Of a stretch of 64,000 nt of DNA, positions 36,501 through 49,641 are shown piece by piece. A program made the position numbers and the translations under genes. Numbering within the stretch: position 1 is the stretch's first letter; each line of letters opens with the position of its first letter. The stretch is taken from the NCBI GenBank assembly GCA_051362555.1, contig CM120640.1, forward strand, positions 52,678,788 through 52,742,787, given 5' to 3'. Origin of the DNA: Lingula anatina. Taxonomy: Eukaryota > Animalia > Brachiopoda. Under the pieces are notes generated by a model that saw nothing but the letters and a program-made list of their open reading frames with translations, searched no databases and had not been told where the DNA came from.

Positions 36501-36578
36501 TTGAGATGGTCTTAAGTCGAAACTTCCAACGAGATCTTCGATGTCATCAACCACATTTTCGCACGTTGAAGTTGGCAT
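26381..36578 (-). CDS. CDKAL1: Threonylcarbamoyladenosine tRNA methylthiotransferase (radical SAM, MtaB-type), complete, 14 coding exons
   Basis: Exons (minus): 36407-36578 ([16 protein letters not shown]), 32358-32459 ([19 protein letters not shown]), 31803-31966 ([19 protein letters not shown]), 30965-31031, 30602-30722, 30171-30274 (CLNACTYC, the CxxxCxxC motif), 29676-29842, 29115-29260, 28679-28739, 28324-28443, 28008-28070, 27230-27313, 26748-26918 (TRAM), 26381-26491 (hydrophobic tail anchor, TAG). Colinear with vertebrate CDKAL1. Confidence 0.96.
31064..31150 (-). repeat. Copy A of an ~87-bp element repeated in two CDKAL1 introns
   Basis: The 53-nt core is 52/53 identical to the copy at 32819-32906. 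Confidence 0.8.
32819..32906 (-). repeat. Copy B of an ~87-bp element repeated in two CDKAL1 introns
   Basis: The 53-nt core is 52/53 identical to the copy at 31064-31150. Confidence 0.8.
33473..33518. repeat. (TG)n microsatellite
   Basis: Pure TG run abutting the 5' end of the LINE fragment. Confidence 0.9.
33520..36340 (+). mobile_element. Degenerate 5'-truncated non-LTR retrotransposon (CR1/L2-group LINE, reverse transcriptase) in CDKAL1 intron 1
   Basis: Frameshifted RT peptides [79 protein letters not shown] (degenerate FADD), WGM*FNATKC and [11 protein letters not shown]. It has a (GATACA)n 3' tail at ~36322-36340 and an internal deletion near 35975, and is interrupted by the element at 34479-35740. 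Confidence 0.9.
34479..35740. mobile_element. Non-autonomous DNA transposon (hAT-like, CAG termini, 6-bp TSD) nested in the LINE
   Basis: Termini CAGTCTG...CAGACTG, with TAATAT duplicated at 34473-78 and 35741-46. Multiple sub-terminal CTAGCCCG/GGGCTAG repeats occur at both ends. RT homology resumes immediately after the element, and no transposase ORF is visible. Confidence 0.85.
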
Positions 36579-37266
36579 TTTAAAAGACTATGACACACCC
36601 TTAAGCTGTAAGCAACTTGAACCGTAGTTCTAATGATCCCATAAATTCAATCTCTAAAATAATTGTTCTATCCTCATGTTAACAGATCCACTATATTGCT
36701 CTTAAATCCACTCAACATTGATTTGCCAGCACATGCCTCTCTTCGAACAAGTGTTTCACGACTTTTTACATTGAAGAGTTGCTGATGTCACGTGACTACC
36801 GTGACCTACACTGGGATAGCTCACTGGGATTGAAACGTTTTATCGAAGAAAGGATCCTTTTTAAAATTTTAAAAAGTAATGGACGAAAGAAATGTAGAAT
36901 TAAATTAGCAAAAAAAAGAAGTATTTCATTTATCCCATTATTTGAACACCCTTTATTGTTATGTTGATCTTGATGCCAAGGATACCTCTGTGTGCTTTGG
37001 CCGGTGTTGTAACGGGGTGAATCATTCGCTACGTCATTTACCATGTTCAAGCAAGAACTAATATCCCATGTAAATTACTTCAAAAATGAAAAATATGACA
37101 CAATTTAAGTCAACAAAAAGATTGAAACAGTTTGTAAATAAGCTGCTTATAGAACTCAATTAAATGTTTGAATGGTTGTTTGCTTCGTGTATTTAATGTG
37201 TTTTTTACTTGGGGTATAAGGTGAAAAAAGCCGAAGAGCATCACGGGAAGGGGCTGGACATTAAGA
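36579..37266. promoter_or_regulatory. Bidirectional promoter region CDKAL1 / UGCG exon 1a with palindromic E-box (CLEAR-type) GTCACGTGAC at 36787-36796
   Basis: Divergent ATGs are about 690 bp apart, CpGs are locally retained, and the 10-bp palindrome is perfect. Confidence 0.6.
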
Positions 37267-40196
37267 ATGATGGCCCCTGCTATCGACTATACTATAGCGG
37301 GGTTAGCTATATTTTTCTTTGGAGTTTGGTGCTTTCTCTGGTCATTTCACATTGTAGCAATCATATATGGGTAAGTAAAATATATTGGCCATTATGTACA
37401 GTTCTTTTTGCCACTGTCTTTACCATTAAATACCATTTCTCATCGGATAATAGTCGGATGCTGAACGATTCAAGGAGTTCGCCTGTCGATCCAGTGCGTA
37501 CCCAATTGTGCAATCTGTAATGAAATAGTTTTAATGCATCTTATACGAATATTTTATACATTTATATGATCAGATGATATGTCACCCGTTAAGAAGCAAC
37601 GGGTTTAATGATTAAGCCGGTCAATCCCTGTCTTAAATTGACCTAGTTTGCCGGCATAGTGAGTCAGGTGCTAAGGAGCAAGACCCCTCCCACTTGATTC
37701 AGTGATTGGTTAGAGATAGGATTCCCTCGTCACTGTTTGAATGTGATAGTGCCGTGTTATCTCGGGAGTCAAAGGTCTCAGTGGAAGTCAGAGTCTGGCT
37801 TACTCCACATTATAGTTTGACAGATCCAGGTGTTTGGTACAGAAGACAGACTTATCCTGTGGATAAGTGGAAGTAGAAGGTACAACTTGTCTTGTAAAGA
37901 TCTTACGGATGGATTTCTATGACTATGTACGGCCTATTACTGGAGATACTATACTCTTTGGCTTGGCAATATTTTTCTTCTGTTTGTGGACTTTCTTGTG
38001 GTCATTTCATATAGGAGCATTGTTTTATGGGTAAGTATGCATAGAATTAAAGTATTTGCCTTTTAAAATCATATCAGTTATTTATAGGCTGGCAAAAAGT
38101 ATACATCAATGAAAAGTGAATAACAACAGATTCTGAATATAACTAAAGTAAAGAATTATTTTTTTTGAATCGATTTTTAAAAATACGTTTATTCTGTATG
38201 TTACATTAAGCCAATATTCAAAGTTTAGCCATAATACTACGAAGTGCTACTTGTACAACATTTAGATTTATCAAACATTTGCTAATATGTTCCATTTTGA
38301 TATATTTCATCTAAGGATTACATCAACAGAAGTTTAGTTTTTTTATAGTAATCAAACATTCATCTTACCTTCTCAGATATTGAGAATTATTGCACAAAGT
38401 TAAAATTGGATCAGTTGAGAATGTTTCTGCTACACTCCCTTTAAATAAGTATTGACACATTCTTGTCTTAAAAACAAACAATTTTTTTTCAATTAACAAC
38501 ATAGGAAATTGACTTAAGTTTCTTTTTCTCTCATATAAATGACCAATTTTTAATCATTTGTTACAATAATATATGGTGAAGACAAGCACAAAAATTGTAC
38601 AAAGATTTTAATATATTAAGCTTGACTTTTATTCATTATGTAAAAGTTATGTTTTTGTAAAAGAAAACATTGTCAAAGGCATCACAAAAATTAACAGTGA
38701 CTGTTCTTTTGCAATCACTGTAAAGAGTGATTATTTCTGATAGGAAAAGGATTTGATTATATTCTAGGCAAAAGATAATACCATGGGGCATTTCTAACAT
38801 TACCTTGAAGTGCCACTTAACATTGACCTTGAGATTGTTCACACTGAATGGACTCACATGATTTTAAAGATAGACCAGTTTTTATCAGTTTGGCAAATCA
38901 AACACCAGTAACCATGCACATGTGGGCTGACCCTGAGCTTGTGCTGTATTTGTACTCTTTGTATAAAGATATTGGTCCTGATTCAAATGAGGTCAGAACA
39001 TATAGCATACAGATAACCTCTGTGTAAGTTGATGAAGGTATATGTAACGGTTACTAACCTATATTCCCTTACTGAAAAATTGGGTTCAAAGTGATAAGAT
39101 AAGATATTTATAGTTTGGAACCATATCAGCTATGTCTGTCTCTCAAATAATCAGTTTTGAATATTTCCATTCTATAGATTCTGTAGTCATATAGTGACCA
39201 TGTGTCCAGTAGCTGATCATGAGATGACCAGTGACCACTGAAAAATGGTTATGTCCTTATTAATGTGACAAATGCATAGCAAGGACAATTGAACAGGTTC
39301 CTGTACCTTAAATATATCACCTGTAATAACCCCTGTTGACTTATTTGTAGGGTCTTTTGGTATTTTGGTTAATGTTCCAAATTTGTTTTATAAAGCTGTG
39401 CCCTTAAAGATCATTCATGCAGTCAAAAGGAGGGCTCACGTGTTAAGAGTAGAAAGTTGGTTTACTCGGGTTGCAATTTACTACAATTACAAAGTGATAA
39501 AAGGAGGGTCCTGTTGTGTATGAATGACTGAGTCACTGTTACATGTGAACATGACTGGGTCAGGGATATTTCAACTATTTTAATTGACCCATGCCTGACT
39601 GAAATACAAAGTTTCATACAAAGTTTTTCTGATCATATGTAGATGCAAAAACACAGCATTTATAATGAAAAAGTTGGCAGGGAAGAGTTAAACATTACAC
39701 AGTTAGGACAGCGTTATCTTTACCTACCTGTGAAAGGACTGGATATGAAGTGCTTTTTCTTTAGGAGAGAACATTTTTAATCACGAGAATCCATACATAT
39801 ATGATGCAGTAGTTATTTTTGGTTCGTGAATTTTGATCCATTTGTGAAAGGTGAAATGAGAGTGATATGAAATGAAGATTCTCCAGCAGGTGTAGTCAAT
39901 AAGGTTTTTGGGCACTTGTCCCATACTAGTAGGCAGTAATGATCTTCCAGACTTATTTAGCTGAAAAAAAATTACTCAAATTAATTTGCCTCATTCCTCC
40001 AATAAAATACTTGCAAAAGTTTTTTTTTCCCTTTTTTATGTCAGTCGGGTGAGAAAAAAGATTGACAACTTTGATGAGAAAAGTCAGTGGTCCATTTGGT
40101 CAACCATGTCAGCATTTTTATTTGTACTACAATAAGATAAGCCATATTGTCAACCTCCGTTTAGTATAGCATTCTGAGAAGCAGCAATCATTTGAG

Positions 40197-40227
<31 letters not shown>

Positions 40228-43200
40228 CCAGTAATTTTGTCATGCTGAACTTGGTAATATATTAAGATGTAAGTGTCTGACAGCAGATGGTGGATGACTT
40301 GTTTCATTAATATTGGAAACATCAATATGAAGCAATTATGCAACATTAGTTGCAGTTTATAGTATGTAATGTGTTTTTTTATGTGAAGTAAAAATGAGTT
40401 GTATTCCTCAAAATGCTTTTTATTGCAGACATCATCTTGCATTTTATGCCATATACAACCTATGATGAAGTAAGTGTTGAGATAGTTTGAATGGATTAAG
40501 CATGATCTGGTAAAGTGACTGTAGAATCATAGATAAAAAAGGTTGTGTTAGAATTCTAAGCTGTGCATGGTTCCATTTCATGCGCCTCATAAATATGAGC
40601 AAAAGGCTTGATGAATTATGACATTTGCTTTCTACTGTCTGAATTTTATAATCTAATGTATTACTGTGAAGATTTGATGTAAATATTGATTTTCTTTATA
40701 ACAGTATTGATTCTGTAAGTTCATGTATGAAGTCTTTCTAAATCTGTCTGAGACTTGGGGATAACTGCGGATGATAGCTAACTTATGTTCAGAACGTAGT
40801 AGTGTTAAAGATTGCCTGTGCTGGTGAAGATGATGGTTATAGACTACTAGTAACTATAACTGCCACTTAACCAGTAGCACATCAACTGCCACTTAACCAG
40901 TAGCACATCACTGCAAAAATGTATTTTTACTGATCACAAATGAAACCTGGTTGTAAATATTACTTTAATAAGTTAATTAATACCAGTGCTTAAATGATAT
41001 TTTGAGTGAAATATCAGTTGAATATTGTATAGTTGAGCAAAATATTGTGTTATTCCCTAATGATGCAGGCAGTTAAGGTGTTTTTCCAGTTAAGGTATTA
41101 TGGATTTCCTTAAAACAAACCATCTTCACAATTTGGTTATGATTGCTTACTACTACTAGTACTGTATGATACCAGTTTAACCACATACCCTTCTTATTTG
41201 CCATGAAAGAGAGATATAACATTGATTAGATGGGTTTCCTATTGCTAGAAATTTAACTGGACATACTTGATGCAACATTTGGAAGTGTGCCCATGATTTT
41301 TTCAGCAGTGTTGATAGTAAGAACGTTATCACCCCAAAAAACATTGTGGAAGGGAAATTCCAGAAAGTTCAGCCCTAACTGGGTCAAGTTACTCTGGTCA
41401 ATAATACTGTGGCACTCACTGCACTGGGATTGTCAGTGTGGAATGCTGGAAACTTGTGAGGAATGTTCTAAATTGTCTGTGGGGCATGTCTAGATACCTT
41501 AAAGGTAGTTTGGTCTGTGGTGAATTACAGATGCTGCTTTATAATTATCTGACAGGGGTTAGCTATGAAATAATGCAGTGTTGTAAGATGAGAATGGTTA
41601 TGTAATTGATGTAAGTAGGAGTGTATGAAATGCATAAGGTTTTTGTAATACTTAATTAGTGTAGTCACTAGATCTGGCACAGCAGTGAATAATGGAATTG
41701 TAGACTGTATAACCAGGTATATATTTTAGCTCCTGTCCCCTCCTCCCTTGACCCACCCCAGCTTATGTAAGGAGGTTGCAACTGGAATAGAAAGATGACC
41801 TAAATTGTTCTCTTTTTTGCATATGATCATTTCTCTGAAGAGAATAAATGGCATTTTAGTAGTTAGAATGATAAAGTATGCACTATTTCACCCTGGCATG
41901 CATAAAAGATGAAGTCCTAGGAAAGAATTTTGTGCAACAGGTATTAATTGCAGTACGCTGTATTTTTTTTTTTCTATTTTACCACAAGTGTTAACACATG
42001 TTAATGAATGTCAGAGCAAAAATAGTCTATTTCCTTTATTCTTCATTCACAAAGTTCACAGGTGTGGTTAAGGTTATATTTTCAAAATATGTTTTGCCAA
42101 CCTGTAGTTTCTTCAGATTCATAAAATTTTGCACACCAAGAGAACGAAGGGGAATTATTTGCCAATGGTTAAAAGCATATAGCGCCTGTTTAAATAATAA
42201 AGGCCAATATTTTAAGTACCTGCCACAGGGTATATATCATGGTCTCTAATATGATTACAAATTGACCACAGTATGACTGCCTTACCAGTAAGTTAGGGAA
42301 GCTTTTAATGGTAGACCCTCTCTACGATATTGCCTCATTAAATATTTGGAGGTTTTGAGTTCAAAGAGTTTAAGCCATTTGCAAACAGATCTTTTTAAAG
42401 ACATATATGTTGCTCTATATGATAAAAAATGTGCCAAGGAAAAATTGAATTTATATCAACCACTCTTTTGTTATGTCTTAAAGAGTCAGGAAGGTCTGGG
42501 CTGATTCGTCTTCTTACATTATGGTACGAATGTTTCTCCTGTCTGGTCTGTGAGAAAGTTTAAGCAACTGTGTGATAACAAATTGATTTTTTTATCAGCA
42601 GGGAATTTAGTTAGGCTTTTAGCAGACATATCTGTTAAGGTTAATGTAGCAAGTTGGAGATTATGCTTTGTCGAAATTTTCAGGGAAACATCGGAGCATC
42701 TGTCAGATAACCTTGGTTAGGTGGTGAGAATTCTATCACATTTCAGCGTGTGATATCTTTTAATTTACAGCTTTTTGGGAATGAGGTCCTTAGCAGTGAA
42801 CTTCATATAATTTTTAGTTTATTTTTCATGTTGTAAGGTACAGATTGGGTCTGTGTTGTTAACAGGCATTTTGTCTGGTATCCTTATATTTCTCATGAAT
42901 TTTTTTATGATTAATGGAATTACCTCGAAAGTCAGAAAACTTGCAAACAAATATCTGATCGTGGCAATGGTGCATGTGATACTGTTGCGTGTGGTAGCTG
43001 CTGGTATGGCACATTTTACTCCCTTGTTGGTAAATATGTGCGATCATGACTGCTGAAAAACATGCAGGCCAGACCATAGTTGCATACTCAGGCATTCTAG
43101 TAAGTGAATCAGGAGGGAAGAATTGTATCACATTCCACAAGGAACACTAAAGATATGCAGAGATTCTGTTATTTTGCTGAGATATGCAAAACTTTTGCCA

Positions 43201-45429
43201 TTTAGCTGATTTAGAGAATTTACACATGTATATATGCAAGAATTGCTTACAACAAAATGAAATGTACTTTTTGGTGGGAAGATACTAGTAATTGAAAATC
43301 GGGAAAGAAAATAACCAGATAATGTGAACAATTAGAACCAGTGAAAGAAATTAAGGCTGGACCGTCTGCCCGGGGCAGACAACTTTCAGAACGGGCAGAG
43401 AAGTTTTCCCACCTGGCAGGCATTCTAGCCAGCTAATTTTCAAGATGGCTGAGCTTTCGGTCCAGCAACTTATTTTCCTAAGAGGCAAACACTGATTAGA
43501 ACATATATGATTCTTTATATTCCAACGGCTTGTGATATTCATAAAGCAACGAAATGACTGAAGTCTTAAAACTGTCCACCCTTTTGATGGTTTTCATGAA
43601 CATTGCATTGGTTGAAGCTAATAAGATGTCTTTCCTTTGGTTGTATGTTTTCTCTGCAGTCTGCACAGTGCCATTCCTAACAAAATAAAGATCACTCAGT
43701 AGAGGGCTTTATTACAGAGCAGCATGCTAACGCTTCTAAGGCTGTTCATTGATTCTCGATACTTGTATTTGTCTTGTGGCAAAATTAAAAGATTGCCATA
43801 ATGTATTCAAACACATGGCGTTACATAAAGAGAAGAATTTTTTCTTAGACAAGTTTTTCAATGTGATGAGACTGGATCACAATTTTGTGTAAAATGCCAT
43901 TTGTACAGCTTCAAAATGAAATATTAGTTGTAATTGTGATTGTTTTGCTGAAAGGTAGATAATTAGATCAAACAATTTTAGAATAGTCCCATTAAGATAT
44001 TGTGATAAATGCTGATTAGAATGATATCACGCTACTCTTTTCAGGCCATGGTAGTATTTAATGTGACAGCTATGGCAAGCTTGGTATAGATTTGTTATTG
44101 AAACAGCAATGGAAACATTAGTCATATGGTATAATGATAAGCACTTCGTAGTTAGGTACACTGCATGAGATGCCGCATGCTGGTATTATGTGGATATGGC
44201 ACCTGGAAGTATGATGGTTTGGTAAATTGGCAGATTTTTTTCCTGGTTCTGTAGGGCATTCCAGGCTGTGTCACAGACATGAACATTTTTTGTTAGAATT
44301 TATAGAAATCTTCTTCAAGTGCCACATGAAAAATGCAATTATATTTTCTATAAGATAAGGTGTTATGTTAATATTTATGAAACACTTGGGAAATATTTGC
44401 ACAATTTTGAGCATTAATGATCATCCGTTATTGTATTTAAGTATAGTTTTAATCACCGTTTGTTTACTATTAAATCTAATAATAGTTCTTTCTCTCTCTT
44501 CTCTGTATTATTTATTTATTTATTTATTTATTATTATTAGAAAGTAATTAACATCCAATGTAACATTTTAATTGCCTGGCAAGTTTTGAATCTTACAGAC
44601 TCATTTCTTTATTTGTAGGAAGTACAAACTGTATAGAAAGATCCCCGCAGTATTACCTGACAGCCTGCCTGGGGTGTCCATACTCAAACCCCTAACAGGA
44701 GTCGATGCTCACTTGTATGATAACCTAGAAACATATTTTGTACTTAACTATCCAACAGTAAGTATCAATGATGGGTGTGGCCCTGTGTGTGCTTGAGAGA
44801 TTAAGGGGGGTGCATATATTGTTGAATAAATATCAGTCTTAGAATTGATGTGTGTGAGTTTTGTCTGAGTTGATGGGGGTTGATTACATGAGAGAAGGAA
44901 AGGCCAACTACATTCTTCTCTATATTTGCTACTAATATAAGTTGAACCAACAAAACCCACTCTGAATATCTGTTTTTTGTATTGAATGTATGCAAGCACT
45001 GCTGCTTATTCATTAGCTACATATACACAGTTGATGTCATAATGGAATCTGTTTCCCAGACTGCTTACTACATGAAATGTCAGTCGTAATTTGATTTGTC
45101 AGGATAATTCCTTTCACCTTAGCAGAATCTGCCCTATGGCTTATGGTGGGATATAAGAACACTCAGTTAGGAAAGAGTTTTTAAGGGTGTTTGAGTGCTA
45201 AAAGTTATGAATGACTTTTAGGAATTATGAAGTATTCTTCCATTTGTGCATTTGTTTCCATTTATTGATTCAGTTTTTGTTTCATTTTAGAATCATTATT
45301 ATGAAAGTCACTTTGTTTGGTTTAAGAAAAACTATTTTGGATTTTATAGCCATTCACTAATATTTATTTATTTATTTACATATTTATTATTATTTATTGT
45401 TTATTTTTATTTTTTATTTATTATATTAT

Positions 45430-45473
<44 letters not shown>

Positions 45474-48400
45474 TTTGAAAATTAAGGTGAACAATGAACC
45501 ACATATTTTTATCTTTCAGTATGAATTATTATTCTGTATCCAAGATGAATCAGATCCAGCACAGATGGTTGTCAGGAGTCTCATAGAAAAATATCCCAAA
45601 GTAGATGCTAGAATTTTACAAGGTATGTTATTTACTATTTAAGTTTCATTTAGTGTTTGTATCTTTGAATCTATTCAATATATTTTTCTATGCTATAAAT
45701 CAGCAGATCTAGACTTGCTATAGCAGATTTTTCTTCTCAAGTGACAACCTGAATTTAATATCTCATTAAGTTTCATATTTGTGAAAAGAATTGATTCACA
45801 TTCTCTAATCAAAAGACTCGGGTGTTTTGTCATTTGCAAACATTTTACTTGCTAGAGCAAACAGAGATCACTCTGCTAATGCAAAGATGGTTTTGAAGTT
45901 TACAATGATGAATTAGCAAAAGAAAGAATTCTATTTTCTTGGACTTCAGATGGGCAAAGTAGACAGCCTTTCTTTCTTGAGTTTTTCTGAACATGTGGAG
46001 CTGTTATCAGTATAAATATGGGGAAAGTGTGCCTTTGTGTATCTGCAATAAATTAATCCAGACACATATATTATTTCTCATAATGCAGCAATGCTGTTTG
46101 CTAGTCTAGTTCACTTGAGCTGTATTGATGTCATATAGTACCTGAGAGGAGGTATTCATGATAATTGATTATGTTTTTAGGAAGAAAAGTATCAGAAATG
46201 TGTGGGGTATCAGGATGTATTACAGTTGCAAGCAGAAAAACACTCCAGAGTTTGCTCTCTCCTCCCTCCCCCCTCCCCCTCCAAGAAAAGAAAAGAAAAA
46301 TCAACTTGCATGCATAACATTTATGTATTTTTTTCTTATATTCTCAGGAGGAAAAAAAGTAGGAATAAACCCCAAAATTAACAACATGATGTCAGGGTAT
46401 GAAGTCTGCAAATATGACCTCTTCATGATATCAGATTGCAACATAAAAAGTAAGTTCTCTTAGCTATTTTTTATTTTCTTTAATTTAAGTTACTAGTACC
46501 TAGGTACATGCATAGAGTGCATCCAAGAAAATGTTAACATAGAAATATGATTTTATTTTGATAAATGATGCACTTGGAAATTACATAATAGTTTGGTTTG
46601 TGTGCATTTTCTTTTACTTATTGACATATACTTATTGGTGTTGTAGCTATTCACAATATTTGTGCAGCATTTAAATCTATGGGTCAGTGTACAATGACAA
46701 GCCAGTGATAAAGTTAGTGATATTAGTGAATTAACAACAATATTAAATACTTCAATTGAATTGGAAGAAATTTTTGAACATAAATCATTTTGATCATTGA
46801 AATTATTTGATGTCATTTGCAGTGAAACCAGACACACTTTTAGACATGGTTCTTCATTTAAAAGATGATGTAGGAGAAATACATCAAATTCCATTTACCT
46901 GTGATCGAGAAGACAGGCTGGGTTTTAGTTCCATCTTAGAAAAGGTATGTTAGATCAGTGGAGTGGACATTGATAGTCAAGATACACAAGAACAGGGTAT
47001 TAATAGATAAGACCATGCCAGGTTTTCTGCTCCTTTGCTAAAGATGGTTTGGATTTCTGACCCTATTAATGTCTCTTATGGTAAATGTTTGCCCATATAG
47101 ATTAGTGATTGGTTAATATTTAATGCATATACGACTTTGGATTGCCCAATAGTGAGAGTTCTATAACTGGTGTTGTCGTTCCTTTATGTTGTGCCAATAA
47201 TGCTTGAAATAGATGTTATGCAATTTGTCGCTGACACTATCAATAAGTCAGTGTGTGGTTTACATTTACATCATTTTATGTGCTTTTATTTAAGCAGCAT
47301 TTGTTCAAAATGAGCTTTTATTGCTCATTTTATTTGATCCTGTTTTTGCATTTTTGCTTTGTAGCAGTTGTCATTTATTAATGTGATAATTGCTCATCTA
47401 AAGTTTTTTATGCAAATAGTGACAATGTATTTTTTTCCATCAGTACAACATCATCTTTTTGAAATTAAATGCTAGGTTAAATATTGCATCACATTGCTTA
47501 GTTTGTTTACCACATTAACTTCCTGATTGAAGTTGATTTCTTGGATTACTTTCAATTCCAGGTGTACTTTGGCACTGTACATGCTAAGCAGTATCTGTTT
47601 CTCAATGCACTGGGCGTAAACTGCACAACTGGCATGTCCTCAATGATGCGTAAGAACGTGCTGGAGGAGGCAGGTGGTTTGAAGGCATTCGCAAAATACC
47701 TAGCAGAAGATTATTTTATTGCTCAAGCTTTTTTAGATAGGTAAGACATCTTATAAAAAAGTAAATGGAAAAAAGTTAAAAATCAAATCAGGAAATTTTT
47801 AATTACAAAACAATTCAAAAAGTGATTTAAGGTAAGGTTGTTTGGCTCCTTGGTAGATATATGTACCTCCACTCCCATGGAATGCTGGTTAAAGCATGTT
47901 ATATCATTTATTTTGCAGGGGTTGGAAGGTCCAAATCAGTTCTTTTCCAGCACTTCAAAATGCAGGGACTGGGTCAGTATCAGGATTTCAAAACAGGCTT
48001 GTCAGGTGAGTAATTATTATATTTTATGCAAAGAAGGTAACCCTTCACAAAATTTCTAAGATCTGTCCCTATTCATTGGTTAAATAATATTTGTGAAAAG
48101 TAACTTTGCTGTCCCCTTTTCCCAATAATAAGTCTTAAATAATTGAAATATTGAAATGCTTAAACATACCTTCTAGAAGAAAAGTTTTCTTACTTGAAAA
48201 AAAAAGCTGTGAAGTTGCCAACCTGAAGTCCATTTGATTACTGCTTTATGTGTTGTGAATTTCATTTCAGGTATCAGCTCCTCCCTATTACACAACTCTG
48301 GCATCACATTTACAAGGTAAACTAAAGGAATTCAGAATTTTTCTCTATTATTACAGGTGGGGCAAATTAAGATTTGCCATGTGTCCAGCTAACCGAATCA

Positions 48401-49641
48401 TGGAGCCATTTTCAGATTGTTTGGTGAATGGAATCAACGGCGCCTGGTCTGCTGCTGTGCTCTTCAACATTAGTGGTCTGGCATTTTTCTTTGTCCATCT
48501 TCTCACTTGGTTTTTGCTGGACTATTTGATCTTCCTTATAATGCAGGTAAGTTGCCTATATTATGATTGGTTGTGTTGTCTTGGGTGGGAGGGGGGGGGG
48601 AGCACAAAGTAGACCCACAAATGCCGACCAGTTTTATATTTCATACAGTCTCCAGGATGAAATTGTGAAAGCACCTGGGGAAATTCCATTTGTCAGTGCT
48701 AACTTAACCGATTGTTTATAAAGCTCAAATTTATAGCACATTTCTGTTCATCTCGCGTTTCTGGACAGACCTTGGTCAAGAATTAATGTCAGGCAATGAA
48801 GTAGTCTACTTGATCCAGGATAATTTTTAACACTGTGTAAGTAACTTTTATCAATTGGATCCCAGTGGACCAGATGTCAACTGATTGGGTCAAATTAATT
48901 TAATCAGTACTTTGTATTGATTTCGTGGGGAGAGGTGTGTGCTGACCCTCCCATCAGGAAGGCTAGTGCATCTTACAATCTGTCTGACTGATTGAATATG
49001 TAGGAAAGGATTGGAAATCAATTGACTGCTGGGCTAACTTGATGTTATTACTTGAGGTGGCAGTTGTTTCAAATGGCTACTTAATCAGGAAGATGTTGGC
49101 ATTTGATCAAAATAAAAGGGAAGCACATAAAATGTATGAACTTCATCAGTCCCTGATTAAGTGAACTTAAATGATAACAGTTTTTGAACATCTAAGTGAA
49201 ATTATTTTATCTCCAAGATGCATGCTATTCAGTACTTGGTAATTGTTGCTCCAAGGCAGGAAATGTCTTTAGTATTACTTACACAGTGAGATAAAAATTG
49301 AATTTTAAACTGGTTGACAAACCCAGATTAGAACTTATCATGTGCAAGAACTAAGACTATATGTGTTCATTAAGTAATTGAAATAATTAACTAAAACATG
49401 CTTTTAACTCCCTTTTAATCATTGTGTTTCTTTTCTTTTTTCCTTGTTTCAGAATGGACCAATGACTTTTTCCAAATTTGAATTTGTGGTTGCGTGGATG
49501 TTCCGAGAAATAACTTCCATATTTATCCTCCTTAAAGCTGAAGTTAGCACAGTAGTGCAATGGAGAGCTAAAAAATTCCGTTTGAGGTATGGCGGAGTCG
49601 TAGAAGAGATGAGAGAGGGGCCCAAACAGTTTGTATTATAG
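37267..49641 (+). CDS. UGCG: Ceramide glucosyltransferase (GT21), isoform with first exon 1a
   Basis: Exons 37267-37370 ([35 protein letters not shown]), 44619-44757 ([25 protein letters not shown]), 45520-45622 ([14 protein letters not shown]), 46348-46449 ([14 protein letters not shown]), 46823-46944, 47562-47740 (VYFGTVH...CTTGMS.MMRK..LAEDYF), 47919-48005, 48357-48546 (RLVRW spans the 48005/48357 junction), 49453-49641. All splice phases are consistent. Confidence 0.95.
37660..37709. promoter_or_regulatory. Candidate separate promoter for UGCG exon 1b (AP-1 TGAGTCA 37660-66; inverted CCAAT 37705-09)
   Basis: Motifs lie 200-250 bp upstream of the exon 1b ATG. Motif match only. Confidence 0.3.
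37909..38030 (+). CDS. UGCG: UGCG alternative first coding exon 1b (paralog of exon 1a)
   Basis: Encodes [41 protein letters not shown]. It ends TATGG|GTAAGT in phase 2 exactly like exon 1a and is in frame with exon 2 at 44619. Confidence 0.88.
40858..40909. repeat. 26-bp perfect tandem duplication
   Basis: AACTGCCACTTAACCAGTAGCACATC occurs twice. Confidence 0.85.
43356..43466. repeat. Small GC-rich fold-back element (possible mini-MITE)
   Basis: 9-bp terminal inverted repeat GCTGGACCG/CGGTCCAGC with an internal palindrome GTCTGCCC-G-GGGCAGAC. Confidence 0.45.
45361..45476. repeat. (ATTT)n low-complexity microsatellite
   Basis: Imperfect TATT repeats. Confidence 0.85.

Noticed and set aside
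42853-43056. Hydrophobic ORF as a third UGCG first exon
   Set aside because: No similarity to exons 1a/1b, and the nearby donor is in the wrong phase for exon 2.
44166-44222. Short ATG-to-GT segment in UGCG intron 1 as another first exon
   Set aside because: The donor is phase 0, out of frame with exon 2, and the other frame has a stop.
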